Shown here: positions 63,787 through 64,000 of the stretch, in pieces
Numbering within the stretch: position 1 is the first letter of the stretch
Layout: each line of letters begins with the position of its first letter
Position numbers and translations under genes: made by a program
Notes under the pieces: model-generated
Seen by the model: only the letters and a program-made list of their open reading frames with translations
The model's database searches: none
What the model was told of the DNA's origin: nothing
DNA from: an uncultured bacterium
GTDB taxonomy: Bacteria; Babelota; Babeliae; Babelales; JACPOV01
Assembly (NCBI GenBank): GCA_963744715.1
Contig: CAVUUR010000006.1
Span: 128,001 to 192,000 of the forward strand
Length of the DNA: 64,000 nt
Reading direction: 5' to 3'

Positions 63787-64000
63787 CTAAAATTCGGGAG
63801 CGTAATAAGGAATAAGCGCCATCACTCGTGATTTTTTGATCATGCATGATAACACGCGTTGATGATGTGCGCACGTACCAGAAATACGAGAAGGAAGAAT
63901 TTTTCCTCGCTCGGTTAAAAAACTTCTCAAAAGCGGTGCATTTTTATAATCAAGCATCGGAACTTGATTTTCTTTTACATTACAGAAACGACAATTTTTA
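63787..64000 (-). CDS. rpsR: 30S ribosomal protein S18 (5' end outside window), Zn-binding form
   Basis: Manual translation: CRFC...DYKNAPLLRSFLTERGKILPSRISGTCAHHQR...ALIPY. Confidence 0.95.
   Translation of the reverse strand, partial: KNCRFCNVKENQVPMLDYKNAPLLRSFLTERGKILPSRISGTCAHHQRVLSCMIKKSRVMALIPYYAPEF

Noticed and set aside
1..64000. CRISPR array, rRNA, tRNA, IS or prophage
   Set aside because: No regularly spaced repeats, RNA-gene signatures, transposase, integrase or phage structural motifs seen by eye; a covariance-model scan was not possible

Overview
AT-rich bacterial chromosomal window whose gene content fits an intracellular protist-infecting bacterium, most consistent with Candidatus Dependentiae/Babelota (TM6); this is inferred from content, not from a database match. 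Housekeeping genes: nrdA, a Chlamydia-type class Ic nrdB, membrane PPase, murE, ruvX/yqgF, tsaB, rsmE, gpmI, truA, typA, the 3' part of rpsR, rseP and AlaX. Transporters: a NhaC/MetT-like permease and a TrpXYZ-like ABC system. Between them are many signal-peptide-bearing, often tandemly duplicated, effector-like genes (ankyrin, WD40, PPP phosphatase, BC-box, HExxH). Main observations: (1) unannotated leader ORFs with hairpins upstream of both amino-acid transporter loci, Met/Cys-containing before the MetT-like gene and Tyr/Phe/Trp-containing before the TrpXYZ-like operon; (2) a family of secreted proteins with Elongin-BC-box motifs; (3) at least 16 secreted proteins whose predicted mature N-terminus is Met-[D/E/N/Q]; (4) NLS-bearing ankyrin proteins with a candidate EreA/ChaN/Tiki-like domain. 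About 12 loci carry frameshifts, including normally essential murE and yqgF, so many may be assembly errors. No rRNA, tRNA, CRISPR array or transposase was recognised.
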